DNA of 64,000 nucleotides, from positions 5,580,001-5,644,000 of the forward strand of contig CM007989.1 of NCBI GenBank assembly GCA_002189035.1, written 5' to 3'. This stretch comes from Utricularia gibba. Its lineage: Eukaryota > Plantae > Magnoliophyta. The stretch's first letter is position 1. The number at the start of each line of letters is the position of its first letter. A model generated the notes under the pieces. The model saw only the letters and a list, made by a program, of their open reading frames with translations. It was not told the origin of the DNA and did no database searches. Positions 38,261 through 50,244 of the stretch are shown in pieces. The position numbers and the translations under genes were made by a program.

Positions 38261-39691
38261 CAAACCAGAGATCCCGCCTGAGAGTGGGAAAAGCTGGGAT
38301 TCGGAGATTTCAATTTTTAAGGGCTAATGCCGCGGCGGGCGGTTTGTTTTGTCTTCCAACGGGCTTATGCGGATGTGGGGCCTGCGCCACGGGGCGACAT
38401 ACACCAATTTTGAATTCCGTTTCTTTTCTTGGAGCCGAGGAGACAACCCAACATTCATTTTCTTATTTTCATAAATGATTTCAGCCCAAACACATTCTTT
38501 TTAATTCAATTTCGTATTTTTTCGTAAACAAAAAATAACCCTTTTAAGATATTTCTCAATATGCGATTAGTAGATAATTAATTATATATATTACTAATGA
38601 ATAGTGAGTTGATTTTTTTCTGGACCAAATTAAATCAAAACTAATTTTAGATATGATTGGTACAATAAAACTAATTTTATTGTACCAAGTGAGCTCAGGC
38701 CATTGAAAATTGTAGTGTTTAAGGGTTGTGTTAAAGTACTTATACAATCCATTCTTAATAATGTGTACTTAATAATTATTATATTACCATTCTTCATTTT
38801 ATTAGAATTATATAATCAAACTACCTTATAAGAGTCATTTTTGCTTCTTGCGATAATCCATATATTTGATCATAACCTCCTACAGGTCACATCTTCAGAA
38901 GCAAATTATATCAAATATGTCTTGATAAATGATTGAACTCTTCTTCTTCCTACATATTCTTACTCATAAGTGAATACATGTATTTGACTCTAATACATAA
39001 AAAAAACACAAAAATGCAAAAAGAAAAAGAAAAGTAACAAAAAAACATATCTAATGTTTGAGAGATAGTAGTATTTATAGGAAATAAGATTTCAATCTTC
39101 AACTTATTTGATGGGTTTGAATTAAACATTCTATCAATATTTTATTCACTTCTTTTATCCAACTTCTTAAGATTATTTTAAGTGTTATCTAAATCTCGAT
39201 TCTTGAATCAAATCATTATTCTTGAACCTAATCTTAGGCTCAATTTTGTGCATGATCAAATCCATAAATTATTAAATCTTTATTTCTCTTTAAATTAGTT
39301 CGAATATATCCTAAAAATTTACAAAGTATATATATTTTTAAAAATATTAAATTATCATATATATCAATTTTTTTAAGACATGCAAGATGGTTTAGGTATC
39401 CAAAATGGATGCGTGAATACTAATCTGATTTATACATGTTCACTACTTAACGTTTTACTGATTCACTCAAAAAAGATATTAATAATTGGTTATATTTTTG
39501 GTTTTTTGTCTCTCTATTGGATCTTTTTACATCTTTTTGTTCAGTCTTTTCTATATTTTTTTAATAGTTTTTATACATTATACACTAATTTGGTCATTTT
39601 GATGATAAAGTGAATTTTGTATTTATTAAACATGATTTCATGAAAGTAAAAAAAAATGAGAAACATTGTAAGTAAATCAATTATAGAAACT

Positions 39692-40851
39692 TGATAACGC
39701 ATATTTTTGAGTAGCTCAACGCATAGAATTTACTCATTTTACGCTACAAAAATTAAGTTTTATTGCCTAGTTTCGTATTTTTGCGCATAAGCACCGTAAT
39801 TGTGTTATTTTAGTCTTAGTTGGGACTAAATCTATGATTTAATCCAAACCTTCGAATGGTTTTATTCAAGCAATGCAGTGTCAGTCGCAACACAAATCTC
39901 AAGGAGCCGAACATGCACAGTGCAGTGGCAGAAGATGAGTCCAAAAGTATGAAAAGTGGTGCACACAAAATCCAAGAAGAAAATAGGGAGATTTTGGACA
40001 AAAAGCGGGAAAGTTGGAGAGAGAAGGCAGATCTCTTATTGGAGACTCAAGACAAGTTTCTGGAGGAAGAAGGAGGGGACGACGAACCAGAAGAACACAT
40101 CTTCTCTTGAGAAATTATTTTCGTTCTTCATGTTTACTGTTCCTAGCTAAGACTAGATTTGGATTTCCTGTGTGAACGAAGTGTCTTTCCTACTTCTGCT
40201 TCATATTGCTCGCTGTTGTTTAACATTTGTAGTCAGGATGTTGTTTAGGATATGCTATGAAAATGTTTTACTTTTCATTGTCATGAGTAGCTAAGCACTT
40301 AGAGGAGGGTGCCTTGGGGTGAAGAGGGGAGAAACATGCTAATCCATCCTTAGACCTAATAAATCATAAGTCACACTACTTCCTTAGCAAACCAGGATAG
40401 ATCTAGGAGGGGGAGGTAGTGAAACCCAACTAACAACCCTAATTAGAGATAGACCAAAGATTAGGGGGAAAAACAAGAATCCGGGTAGACCTAGATCTTG
40501 TGAGTTAGTTGTATGATTTTTCATTTATGTGAACTTGTTTAGTGATAGGCATACATCCCCTAGGAGTCCCAAGACATCATCCATTTCATTCTAGAAACAA
40601 CCGAGCTCCAGAACTTATTAATTTTCTTTACTGTATTTCGTTTTAATTCTACCTTAGTCCTAGCTAAGACCAATTTACCAACGTGACACTTATTTCATGC
40701 TTTGGCTAATCACTTGACAAGCACCTACTCTTCGTGTTCAACCCTAGTCACTATGCTCATAATTGTTTTATGCTTGAATGTGGGTTAGGTTATAAATTTA
40801 TTTGATAGGAAAATTTGCATTTAACGACATTGCATAATTTTTTGTTTATCA
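39692..40851 (+). mobile_element. Athila-type solo LTR (family A, 1160 bp) with 5-bp TSD AAACT
   Basis: TGATAA...TTATCA inverted termini; AAACT at 39687-39691 and 40852-40856; homologous copy on the minus strand at 42801-49010. Clade assignment rests on LTR style only. Confidence 0.85.
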
Positions 40852-40856
40852 AAACT

Positions 40857-41449
40857 CAAAACATTTGGTAAATGAAAAGAAAGTAAAGATTGTTTTGATG
40901 CCCATTTGCTACTGTTCATGACCAGAAACATAGCATTGAATTGGGTTTTGGTGCTATTCTTCATATTTGAGGGTCTCCTCCCTGAGAATTCCCTTCTTAC
41001 TCTTTCTGATTTAATGTTCATCATGTTGGAGGAGCCCTTGTGTGTGGGTTGTTGAAGCTCCCCCCTCACCTACGGTCTCTCCTTCAAAAAGATCTCCCCA
41101 TCTTTACTCCATTGCACTGTTCTGGACACAAGTAGTGTTCTTCGCCTGAATTTGCAGACTACAGGCGGTAGAACAGTGCTCTTTGTCTCCTTTCCGATGT
41201 TGCACCCCTATAACTTGATTCACATGTCCCTTAGTCCAATTTTGCTGCTAATTTTTCTACTGAAATTAATTAAACAATAGTAACAAAGGTGATGGACTTA
41301 ATCATTTGATTTAAATGATTCAGTCCACTTTTCATCATAAATACAAAATTAACATAAACACAAAATGAAAAATCACACATACCTAACTTAAACCATAGTA
41401 AAACATAACAATTTTGCATTATAAAATGCAAAGAAAATGTGTGTCATCA
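40857..41449 (-). repeat. LTR-like sequence (family C), probably the target of the family-A solo LTR
   Basis: The minus strand begins TGATGACACAC at 41449 and matches 24154-24385; the far end is unresolved. Confidence 0.5.
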
Positions 41450-42987
41450 AGTATTGACTTTGGTAGTTTTAGTTATTGTTTAAAAATGAATCAAGTTATT
41501 GATATAGTTTACCTTAAATTTTAATGATTATTTTCCCAATTCTTAAGTAGCAATTTTAAAATATGCGAAAACAAATTCTACAAGCAAAAATCTAGTGGCA
41601 TGGAGAATCTTGATATGATCCTTCGAAAAACAAATGTTAGCACTTGATTCTTTTTCAGGATTGTTACATCTCAACATCCTATTAACAAAAGAAGAGTATA
41701 GAAAAAAAAAAGAAAAATACATAGAACAAGGACCAAAAAGATAGAAGAAAGAGAAAGATAAAACTTCCAAACTTAAAATCCTCTTGACCTTCAAGGCTCT
41801 ATAAGCTTTGATTGATGAAACTATGGTTTTAGAAAAATAAGTGTCACTGAGGTAATGAGTAAGATAAATGAAATGAGGACTTTGGATTTAATGATGAGAA
41901 AAGCAATCAAGGCTAAGTATGAGTAATAAAGAAAGGTTAAAAGAAAACTTGTTGTGATTAGCACGAAATTAGTAAGACATAAGTTAAATAATTGAAGATA
42001 CAGTTTACTTCTGACAATAGGAATGAGAAAACAAAGATTATCTGATATTAGAAAAAGAGGATTGCTTGTTGAAATCGATAAAATCATGACCCTTTAAGGT
42101 AAAAAAATAAGATTGCTTCTAACAAGATAAAAGACTCATGCCTTTGAAAATTAGAAATGAAATTCACTTTCTTTTTGTTCTGGAAGTAGAAAAGTGAATG
42201 AATTTAAGTTACTAATCTTTTTTCTCCACATGTTTTTTTTTTTGCACCAACAATAAAGATAACATTTGCGATCCGCAAGGATTTTGAGTTTTTTTTTTTT
42301 GGATAGAAACAACAAGATAGCTAGATAGGAAATGAAGATGAGAAAGATTGGCTATGATACTACCTGATACAACCTTCCAAACAGCAAATATTTGGCAAAT
42401 CAGATCTTGGATTCAAAAGAAACAATTCTTTAAGAAAAGAATAAATTGGTCCTCAAGTAATAAATAACCTTACAAATCAAACTATGAAAATTGTGTCATA
42501 CTCATAGAATAAGAAAGAAAATGGGAGTGATGAATCACACTAGACACCACAAGCAAAGCCTGATAAATCCAAAGTTCTATATAAACTCAAGGAAGGAACA
42601 ATACTCCCAAAATACGTAACAACCAGAATTTTTTCTAAACAAGAATGAGACTTGTTTCTCTTCCTTGAACGAACGTGAAGATAAGAGGTCCTGCCAACGT
42701 ACTCTCATGGTCGAATTGCGCACATGTGCCTGAGTATTGCCATGACCTAATGAGTCCAGATATGAGGTCACTATCTGTCCATTGATCCTGAGGTACGGCC
42801 TAATAAACGAAAAATGTATGCAATGTTGTTAATTTGTAAATTTCTCCTATCAAATAAAATTTATAAACTTAATTCACATCAAATCATATGAAAAGTATGA
42901 GCATAGTGGACTAGGGTCTAACACAAGGAGCTAGGTGCTTGGTATGTGAAGGTCAATGCATGAAATCAATGTCATGTTGGTAGATTT

Positions 42988-43523
42988 TGATGGGGTATAA
43001 ATCAATCGAAGACAATCGGTTTCTAAAAAGGCTGCCGAAAGGAGCTCTGAGGAGACAGTGCCTGCCGATAGACCAATACGTGTCGGAGATCCGACAACGG
43101 CGGCCGTATGGCGCAGTCTGAAAAGCGACCGAATCATGGCAGAACGGGCGGCGATCATCTGAAAAGTAAGGTCACAGTATAAGTATAAAAGGCAACCAAC
43201 ACTTGCAGAAAGGGGCGATTCGGCTAAATCGGCCTCCTCAATAAATAGGAGGGGTTCTGAAGAAAAGGGGGAGAGACCCCAAGCCCCCGACTGATATCTT
43301 ATTTCACCATCTCCATCTAGTAGAAATTTTCTCCGGTGAGCTCCGACAGCTCCGTGGTTTTTTCGTCTTCCGACGGTTTCCACGTAAAAATCTCCGCCTA
43401 TCCCCTTTTCCGCTGATCAGACTAAACATAATCGTGAAAAATGTAATAAGGTGCGGAATTTCCCTGCCGCACCTTTAACCCATAAATCAATCCCATCACG
43501 AACAACGATTTTCATCCCCAACA
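42988..43523 (+). repeat. E2 5' LTR (536 bp)
   Basis: TGATGGGG...CCCCAACA; direct repeat of 48029-48547 at roughly 94-95% identity by eye. Confidence 0.92.
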
Positions 43524-43526
43524 TTT

Positions 43527-43544
43527 TGGCACCCACCGTGGGGC
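43527..43544 (+). promoter_or_regulatory. Primer-binding site, tRNA-Lys type
   Basis: TGGCACCCACCGTGGGGC immediately after the LTR. Confidence 0.85.
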
Positions 43545-43596
43545 CGATCTATTGTTCCACTCGAGAAATCCACAGAGGCCGCTCACCAAATGAAAT

Positions 43597-44260
43597 CCAT
43601 GGTAGCAAATAAGATGGCCACGAATTCTATCCACGAAGGAAGTGCCGGCATGCAAAACCCCAGTCTTATGGTCATCAGCAAGGAGCAGCTGAAGGCCCTT
43701 CTGACGGAAATCTTCTATGACTTTAGAGTACCTTTGGGTCTGAACTCCAACGCATAGGAGGGGACACCCAAAAGTGCACGACAAGGGGAAAATTAACCCA
43801 TGATTCTGGAATATTCCCCGGATATGGAGACCAAGTCCGACATTGAGGAATTGTTTAGGATTTATGGTGAATAGACGGGGAGATTTTGGAGGATCATGGG
43901 CAGTCCGGTTGGATCAGGGTGGAACACTACAATAGTAGGATACCGCTGACTTACGAAAACCGGAGTTGGAATTGGTGGAAGAAAGACGACAGAATATTCA
44001 TAGCCGACTAGGGGCTTATCATAAAAGAACAAAGAAGAATTACAATAGGTCGGTATCCCCAAGGGAGTCCTCGGAAGGAGACTTGGTACTCCAGAGCATC
44101 CAATCACAAAGGCATGTAGGAAAACTAGATCACAATTGGGAAGGCCCTTATCGAATTTCAAGTGTAATCGGAAAAGGGGCTCATCGTCTAAAATAGTTTG
44201 ATGGCGTGAGATGTCTAGGATCATGGAATGCATCCCATCTGAGGAGATTCCACGCCTAAC
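43597..44260 (+). pseudogene. E2 gag stub fused to integrase C-terminus
   Basis: gag-like start near 43597, then ELVEERRQNIHSRLGAY...GKLDHNWEGPYRISSVIGKGAHRLK*FDG...WNASHLRRF, the Tat-clade integrase tail. Confidence 0.75.
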
Positions 44261-45391
44261 CGGTTCAATATCAATCCTTATCGCAGGTTCTGGCTAAGTT
44301 CAGTACCCTCTTCGTCAAAGTATGCAAGTGGCGATAAATTCCTCTAAAGCGGAGATGATTAACAACCTCACAAGCCCTGGCCGAACGGCATAAGCCCAGT
44401 AAAACCCTCTCATTCAAAAGCCATAAGCCCTGGCCAAGTCATGTAAGCCCAGAAAAACCGTATAAATCAACGCACCCCGTTGGGCACAACAGATCAAAAT
44501 CGAGGAATCCTCACCATTCAAGGGGGAATATTGCCGAATAGGCTGACACATTCACTCCCGCTATACACCTATAGCCTTCTAAACCCAGGCCCGAGTGATA
44601 AGGATAACCCTTGGTATAACTCGGGCACCGGTTTCCTAAAACCGGCCACGTAAGCCCCGAAAAAGCCCTTAAGTTTATACCTTACTGCCGAATCTCGAGA
44701 CGGCAAGAGCACCCAAATCAAATCCACCCATGTTCGAAAAAATGGGATTTCGGCTAGAAGAGGGCCCAATCGAATTGAGGAAGTCACTAAACCCATGAGG
44801 GGTCTTAGTCTACTTCAGCTCACAAAAGGAAATACTAAGGCAAACCAAAATAAAAAACCTAACCAAAGGGTTGACAAAAATATGCCTACCCCTTGGGTCA
44901 CAGAGACCTAGGCACAATAAACCAACTTGGGGCTCCCCCCGGGATACGTGACATCCAAAGCCAAGGCACCGATTTCTTCGAACTGCTCACATAAGCCCCA
45001 AAAACCCCCCAAAAAAGCCCTATACAAAGTCCACACCTCCGAATCTTGATATGGTAACCGCACTCGAAGCAGATACACAAATATTCTGAAAGCATGGATC
45101 TTTCCAAAAGGACCTATTTGGATTGGGGAAATAACTCAACCTTAGGGTTCTCGACTATTAACCTTATCGATAATTGTGCGAGTATAAGGGAATACTCGTG
45201 CGAAAAGCCCAGCTGGATGACTAAAAAACCACGTAACTCAAAAAGATCAGTGAAAAACAGTGGAAGCCAAAGATAAGTAGACAAGACGGGAGAATCCCAG
45301 ACCGGGACCTTGGAATATTCGAAAACCCCAAACCGGGGATAAAAACAACAGTTTCAGGGAAAGAAAAAGAAATTAAAGTTCGGGAAGAGGA

Positions 45392-47590
45392 TTAGCAGGG
45401 GGACCGACTGAGGGCCAACATGCCCCGAAGCCTCGCCTGCAACTTTGCCTCATTCTCACGCCTGATTCTAGCCCGAATGAGTGTAATCAAGCGTGCCCGA
45501 TCAGCCTCGAATCCAAGTTCAGGTGCAGGGTGAGCGTCCGCAATAACATCGAGCATATTCTCATCCTTTGTCAGAGGGTTGACCTTGTTGAAGCACGGAT
45601 CCATAATGGACAATCCGAATTCTCGGCTAATCTGACGCCTTTGACGATAGTGAAGCAAACCGATCAGGTCCCCAGCATAAATATCGGATAACTCCGAAAA
45701 GCATGCTGAGTTGACAAAGTTCCCTAGAAGATCTCGTCGAGACGCCTCCTTACTTAGTAACTCACCTCTAGAGCCACGACACGATCCTTGGCCTCGCTTA
45801 ATTCGGCTTCCGTTTTCTTGAATCTTGCTCGAAAGCCCTCTCTCTCCGATTTGGTGTCGTCAACCGCTTTCCCCATCTCCTCAATTATATTCTGCAGTTC
45901 CTCCTCTTGACGATCGCACTTATCGAGAATGCTTCTCAGCGAGCTTCCTTCCTCTGCCATCAGCTTCATTTTGGCATCCTGGGCCTCAATATGTCTTTGG
46001 AGGCGAAGAACTTCTTCCGGTTGGGAGCCAATCTTCTTGGACATTCCCCATCCGAAAGTTAGTGCCTTGAGAGAGACTATTAAGCTAGGAATCGGCCATG
46101 AATGGTATCGAGAACAAAAAGGGCTCATACCTGCCAAATCCCTGTTAGTATAACATCTAGCTGAACATCCGGAAGACTCGGCACAGCTTCATCCAGCATC
46201 CTCCTTAATTCGGCAGGGACCAAAGATGGAGGAAGAGTTGGATCGTCTTCCACCTCTATTGGAGCGAGGCCTCCTTGTGCTTCTTTCAGGGAAGCCGATG
46301 CAGAAGGGCCCACCAACAGGAGCCCTGTGCCGCAAGCTGGGGCTTCGTTAAGATCGGGCGAAGGCGGGATCTTTTCTTTTCCCCTTCCGGCTAGCAGAGG
46401 GGGAGTCGGATCATGAGCCCCGGAGACTTCTGTTATTTGACCCTCCCCGACAGGGGGTCCTCGTCATTTGGTTGGACTTCAGGTGGACTAACCTGGAAGA
46501 AAAATTGAAAGAGGTCAGAATCGGAAGCCTACAGCAACCGGTATTCGATAAACCTGTACAGGAGGAGTCGCTTCCGACTCCTGCATCCTCTGCATCTGCA
46601 CAAAAAAGCGGGCCATCACCGAGTCTTCCAAGGCACTTCTTCGGGCCATATCTTCAGCTGCAAGACAAAGAATAGAGAAAACATAAGACCCCGTCCCGAG
46701 TTTGAAAAACGGGAAAGTAGAGCCTAGCTACCTCTTTGCTTTTTTGAGGGTCTATGGACAACCACCTTAACCCTTTTCTTTTTCTTGGGGGCCGCCGGTT
46801 GGGAAGATTGCAAAATCGGGGTCGAGATAGGAACGGAGGGGGATTCGGGTGACAAGGAGGAGGCAGAGTTTGTAGGTCGGTAGAGGGTACAATATCGGGC
46901 CAATGGGGATCGCAACTACGACCAATAAGACCCGACCTTTTGAGAGACTCCCCCGAAAACATTAAGGAACGAGTTTCGAACCGAAAGGAACCCCGACTAA
47001 GCCTCTCGTATAAGTCTTCACGAGATTCGGATGAGGACCGATACACCTCAAAAAGCTTCAATCGGAAAGGGGTTGGGGGATTAATCGGGAAGTTCCACCG
47101 AAAACCCGAAGGGGGTGCCACCTAGACAAAAGAAGACCACCAATCATGGTGGGTATCAAGGGCTTTCACAACGAAATGAGGATTATCCTCAAATCGACAG
47201 AACTGGAAGTGAGATCGGCCCTCCATGAGGAATTTCGCCTTGCGAACAGAGATTTTAAAAAGGTGAAGGAAATCTACTAAGGACATGGCCGGATCCATGC
47301 CGGCCGAGTAGACTAAGAAGGTAGCGAAACAGAAGATAGAATTTTGGGCAAGACAATAGAGCGGTACGGCAAAGGTATAAAGGAAACGGACTAATCAAAG
47401 GATGAAGCGGAAATTGCAAGTCGCTTTCGAAGTACGCCAGGGGAACCGGCAAGCTGAAAGGAGGAAGGGGATCCGCACCAATCCGCCAAGGGACTTCGGT
47501 GTCTTGAGCGTCAGAAAATAAGTACTCCTCGGGAATCGAGTATCGGAGACGAAGAGAGGGGATATCTATCTCACTGGACCTCCTACCCAT
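45392..47590 (-). pseudogene. E2 antisense extra ORF (Transposase_28-like plus coiled coil), disrupted
   Basis: ORF pieces 47255..47590, 46654..47121, 46724..46915, 46125..46316, 45754..46137 and 45392..45658 are collinear with the E1 antisense ORF. Confidence 0.8.
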
Positions 47591-48028
47591 TTTCGAAGAG
47601 ATGGTGAACGTGCTTAACCCGGGGACCGAGCGGAAATTAGGAAAAGAAGGAAGATTCTGGTGAGGCTCAAAAGAAACGAATGGGAAAATGAGATGCGGAC
47701 GGGTACGTGAAAATGTATGATTTCCGGTGGCTTTCTAGACGGCGACAGCGGCAAGCGAGCGCGGTGGAGCACTGGTGGCGCAAAAATCTCGCGAGTGAAC
47801 AGAAGAAGCAAAGGGGGGGAGAGATGGGAGAAGCACGTAATTATAGGAAAGGTACTCGGGAGGTGAAACGACGTGATGTTTGAGGTGCCCAAAATGAGCG
47901 GGAAAAAACGTGGCGTGATCCGGAGGTGGCCCGCGGTGAGGGAGTCGTATTAAATGGGTTTGAGATTCATCCCCGGAAATCGGTAAACTCAAAATTAGTA
48001 TAGTTGCGATTCTGGTTCCCCGACATTG

Positions 48029-48547
48029 ATCGAAGACAATCGGTCTCTAAAAAGGCTGCCGAAAGGAGCTCTGAGGAGATAGCGCCTGCCGATAGACCAA
48101 TACGTGTCGGTGATCCGACAACGGCGGCCGTATGGCGCAGTCTGAAAAGCGGCCGAATCATGGCAGAACAGGCGGCGATCATCTGAAAAGTAAGGTCACA
48201 GTATAAGTACAAAAGGCAACCGACACTTGCAGAAAGGGGCGATTCGGCTAAATCAGCCTCCTCAATAAATAGGAGGGGTTCTGAAGAAAAGGGGGAGAGA
48301 CCCAAGCCCCCGACTGGTATCTTATTTCACTATCTCTATCTAGTAGAAATTTTCTTCAGGGAGATCTGACAGCTCCGTGGTTTTTCCGTCTTCCGACGGT
48401 TTCCACGTAAAAATCTCCGTCTATCCCCTTTTCCGCTGATCAGACTAAACATAAATCACGAAAAACGTAATAAGGTACGGAATTTCCATGCCACACCTTT
48501 AACCCATAAATCAATCCCATCAAGAACAACGATTTTTATCCCTAACA
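48029..48547 (+). repeat. E2 3' LTR lacking its first ~17 bp
   Basis: Homology to the 5' LTR starts at ATCGAAGAC (48029) and ends CCCTAACA (48547). Confidence 0.9.
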
Positions 48548-49019
48548 GATTTGGTCTTAACTAGGACTAAGACAGAACTACGATAGAATACAATAAAGAA
48601 AAGTAACAAGCTTTGGAACTCGGATGTTTCTAAAATGAAATGAGTAATGCCTTGGGACTCTTAGAGGATGTATACTTATCACCAAACACGTTCACACAAA
48701 TCATAAATCAAACACTTAATATACAAAGTCTAGGTCTACCCAGACTCTTGTTTTCTCCCTAATCTTTGGATTACCTCTAATTAAGGTTGTTAAGACGGTT
48801 TTCACTACTCCATCCGCCTGGATCTATCTTGGTTTGTTAAGAAAGTAGCATGACTTATGGTTGATTAGGTCTAAAGATTGATTACCAAAATTCTCTCCCT
48901 TTCATTCCAAGGCATCCCTTAAGTGCTTAGCCACTCATAACAAGGAAAAGGAAAGCATTTTCATAGCATATCCTAAACAACATTCTAGTCTCAAAGTTAA
49001 ACAACAACAAGTGGTTCAC

Positions 49020-50238
49020 TGATGAACGTTGGAACGGATTTGCTAAATGTCGCGGTTTAGCACATTCAACGCATCAAAAGAAATTTGTAAACCAAGCTAA
49101 TCTACTACACAAATCATAAGAATTAATGTAGCGTGGCAAGCAAGGGTCGAATCCACAGGGAATGTTTGCAATTTTCTGAAGTTCAACACAATTACTTGAA
49201 ATAGGGGGGTTTTTTGGGATTAAGTTCTAATGCGGGTAAGATCTAAAATAATAGTGACTGAAAGGAACGGGTTGCAAGGGTTAAAAGGGACTGAAATTAA
49301 CATAAAGATGCATAAAACATAAAATAAAAGTAATTTGGCTGGGTTTACATCAGGGTCTAGCTCTTGTGTCACTCAAGAGAGCCCATAGACTTAAACCTAG
49401 CTTTGAAATGCTTAAAAACAGAGTATTGGTTTGCAGAAACAGAGCATGGTTCGCAGGAACAGTAAATCACGTTAAACTTAAGGCAAAGCACGAAAAGGGT
49501 AAACAACAGCATGTTCATAAGCTAAAATAAGGTCTCCAACTAGTTTCTCGTTCACAACAGGGTACCGAAACACAACAGAAAGCATAAAAACGACGACAAT
49601 AACAGTAGCAAGTTCACGCAGAAAAGGGAGTGCAGAAATCTGTAAATAAAAGTTGCAGGATGCTTCTGTGGGCTGTGGATCTGCTGGAAATCGAAGTTCT
49701 GGCCGGAACGGTGGTGTGGACATGCATATCTGGAGGTCACCGGAGACCTTCGCCGAAAAATCGACGTTCTCCTTGCTCCCCTCGCTCCTGTTTTATGTCT
49801 GTGCACTCTGCGTGCACAGTATACTCTCTTCTCTCTCCCCCTTCCTTTTCCCTTTTGCAGCTCAAAATTAAGGGTAGCATTGTCCTTTCCTCAATCTTCT
49901 AGAACAGAGATCTCTGCTCCAAATCTTATCTTTTCAGAAGTGCGACTACTTTCGGCGGAAAGTGACTTTTGTACAGCTTTTCTGTCTCCTTTGACTTGTC
50001 AATGCGGAAAGTACGCTGCTACAATACTAGCTTTTACCCTGGTAAGACTTAAAACATAGACTAGACGAAATATTAGAGTTTTCGGCTCAATTGTTGCCAA
50101 TTGAGCCTGTTTTCACAATAAATATATTTCAACAGTCTAAATATGCAAAAGAAGACATTTTAGCACCCTAAGCAGCATTTAACCCTACAAAACACACTTA
50201 AAAACATATATAAAAACACAATAAAAATGGTGTTATCA
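49020..50238 (-). mobile_element. Athila-type LTR (family B, ~1219 bp), probably solo
   Basis: Minus strand TGATAAC...GTTCATCA; contains CCCTGTGGATTCGACCC near its 3' end; second partial copy at 33972. Flanks TTCAC and GTTAC match at only 3 of 5 positions. Confidence 0.72.
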
Positions 50239-50244
50239 GTTACA

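Larger units (their letters stand above)
42988..48547 (+). mobile_element. Tat/Retand-type Ty3/gypsy non-autonomous element E2 with 5-bp TSD GATTT
   Basis: 5' LTR 42988-43523, PBS 43527-43544, gag stub plus integrase tail, antisense ORF 45392-47590, 3' LTR ~48029-48547. GATTT at 42983-42987 and 48548-48552. Confidence 0.92.
42801..49010 (-). mobile_element. Family-A LTR split by E2 (pieces 42801-42987 and 48548-49010) and truncated
   Basis: Both pieces are reverse complements of 40220-40851. Removing E2 and one GATTT copy restores GTTGGTAGATTTGGTCTTAACTAGG, matching the plus copy (rc GTTGGTAAATTGGTCTTAGCTAGG). Confidence 0.75.

Noticed and set aside
41821-42087. Hydrophobic ORF resembling an organellar membrane protein (also 12856..13086 and 28195..28386)
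   Set aside because: Translation of T-rich low-complexity strands; no recognisable motif or organellar context.
5745-48305. Recurrent antisense ORFs inside the Retand-type LTRs (5745..6176, 26076..26258, 26302..26574, 30952..31461, 42931..43383, 47967..48305)
   Set aside because: The same nucleotide segment is read in different frames in different copies (for example around GGAAACCGTCGGAAG). Amino-acid divergence is high relative to nucleotide divergence, and the 35021 copy has a stop. This fits stop-poor composition better than a conserved protein; a dN/dS test across many LTRs would settle it.
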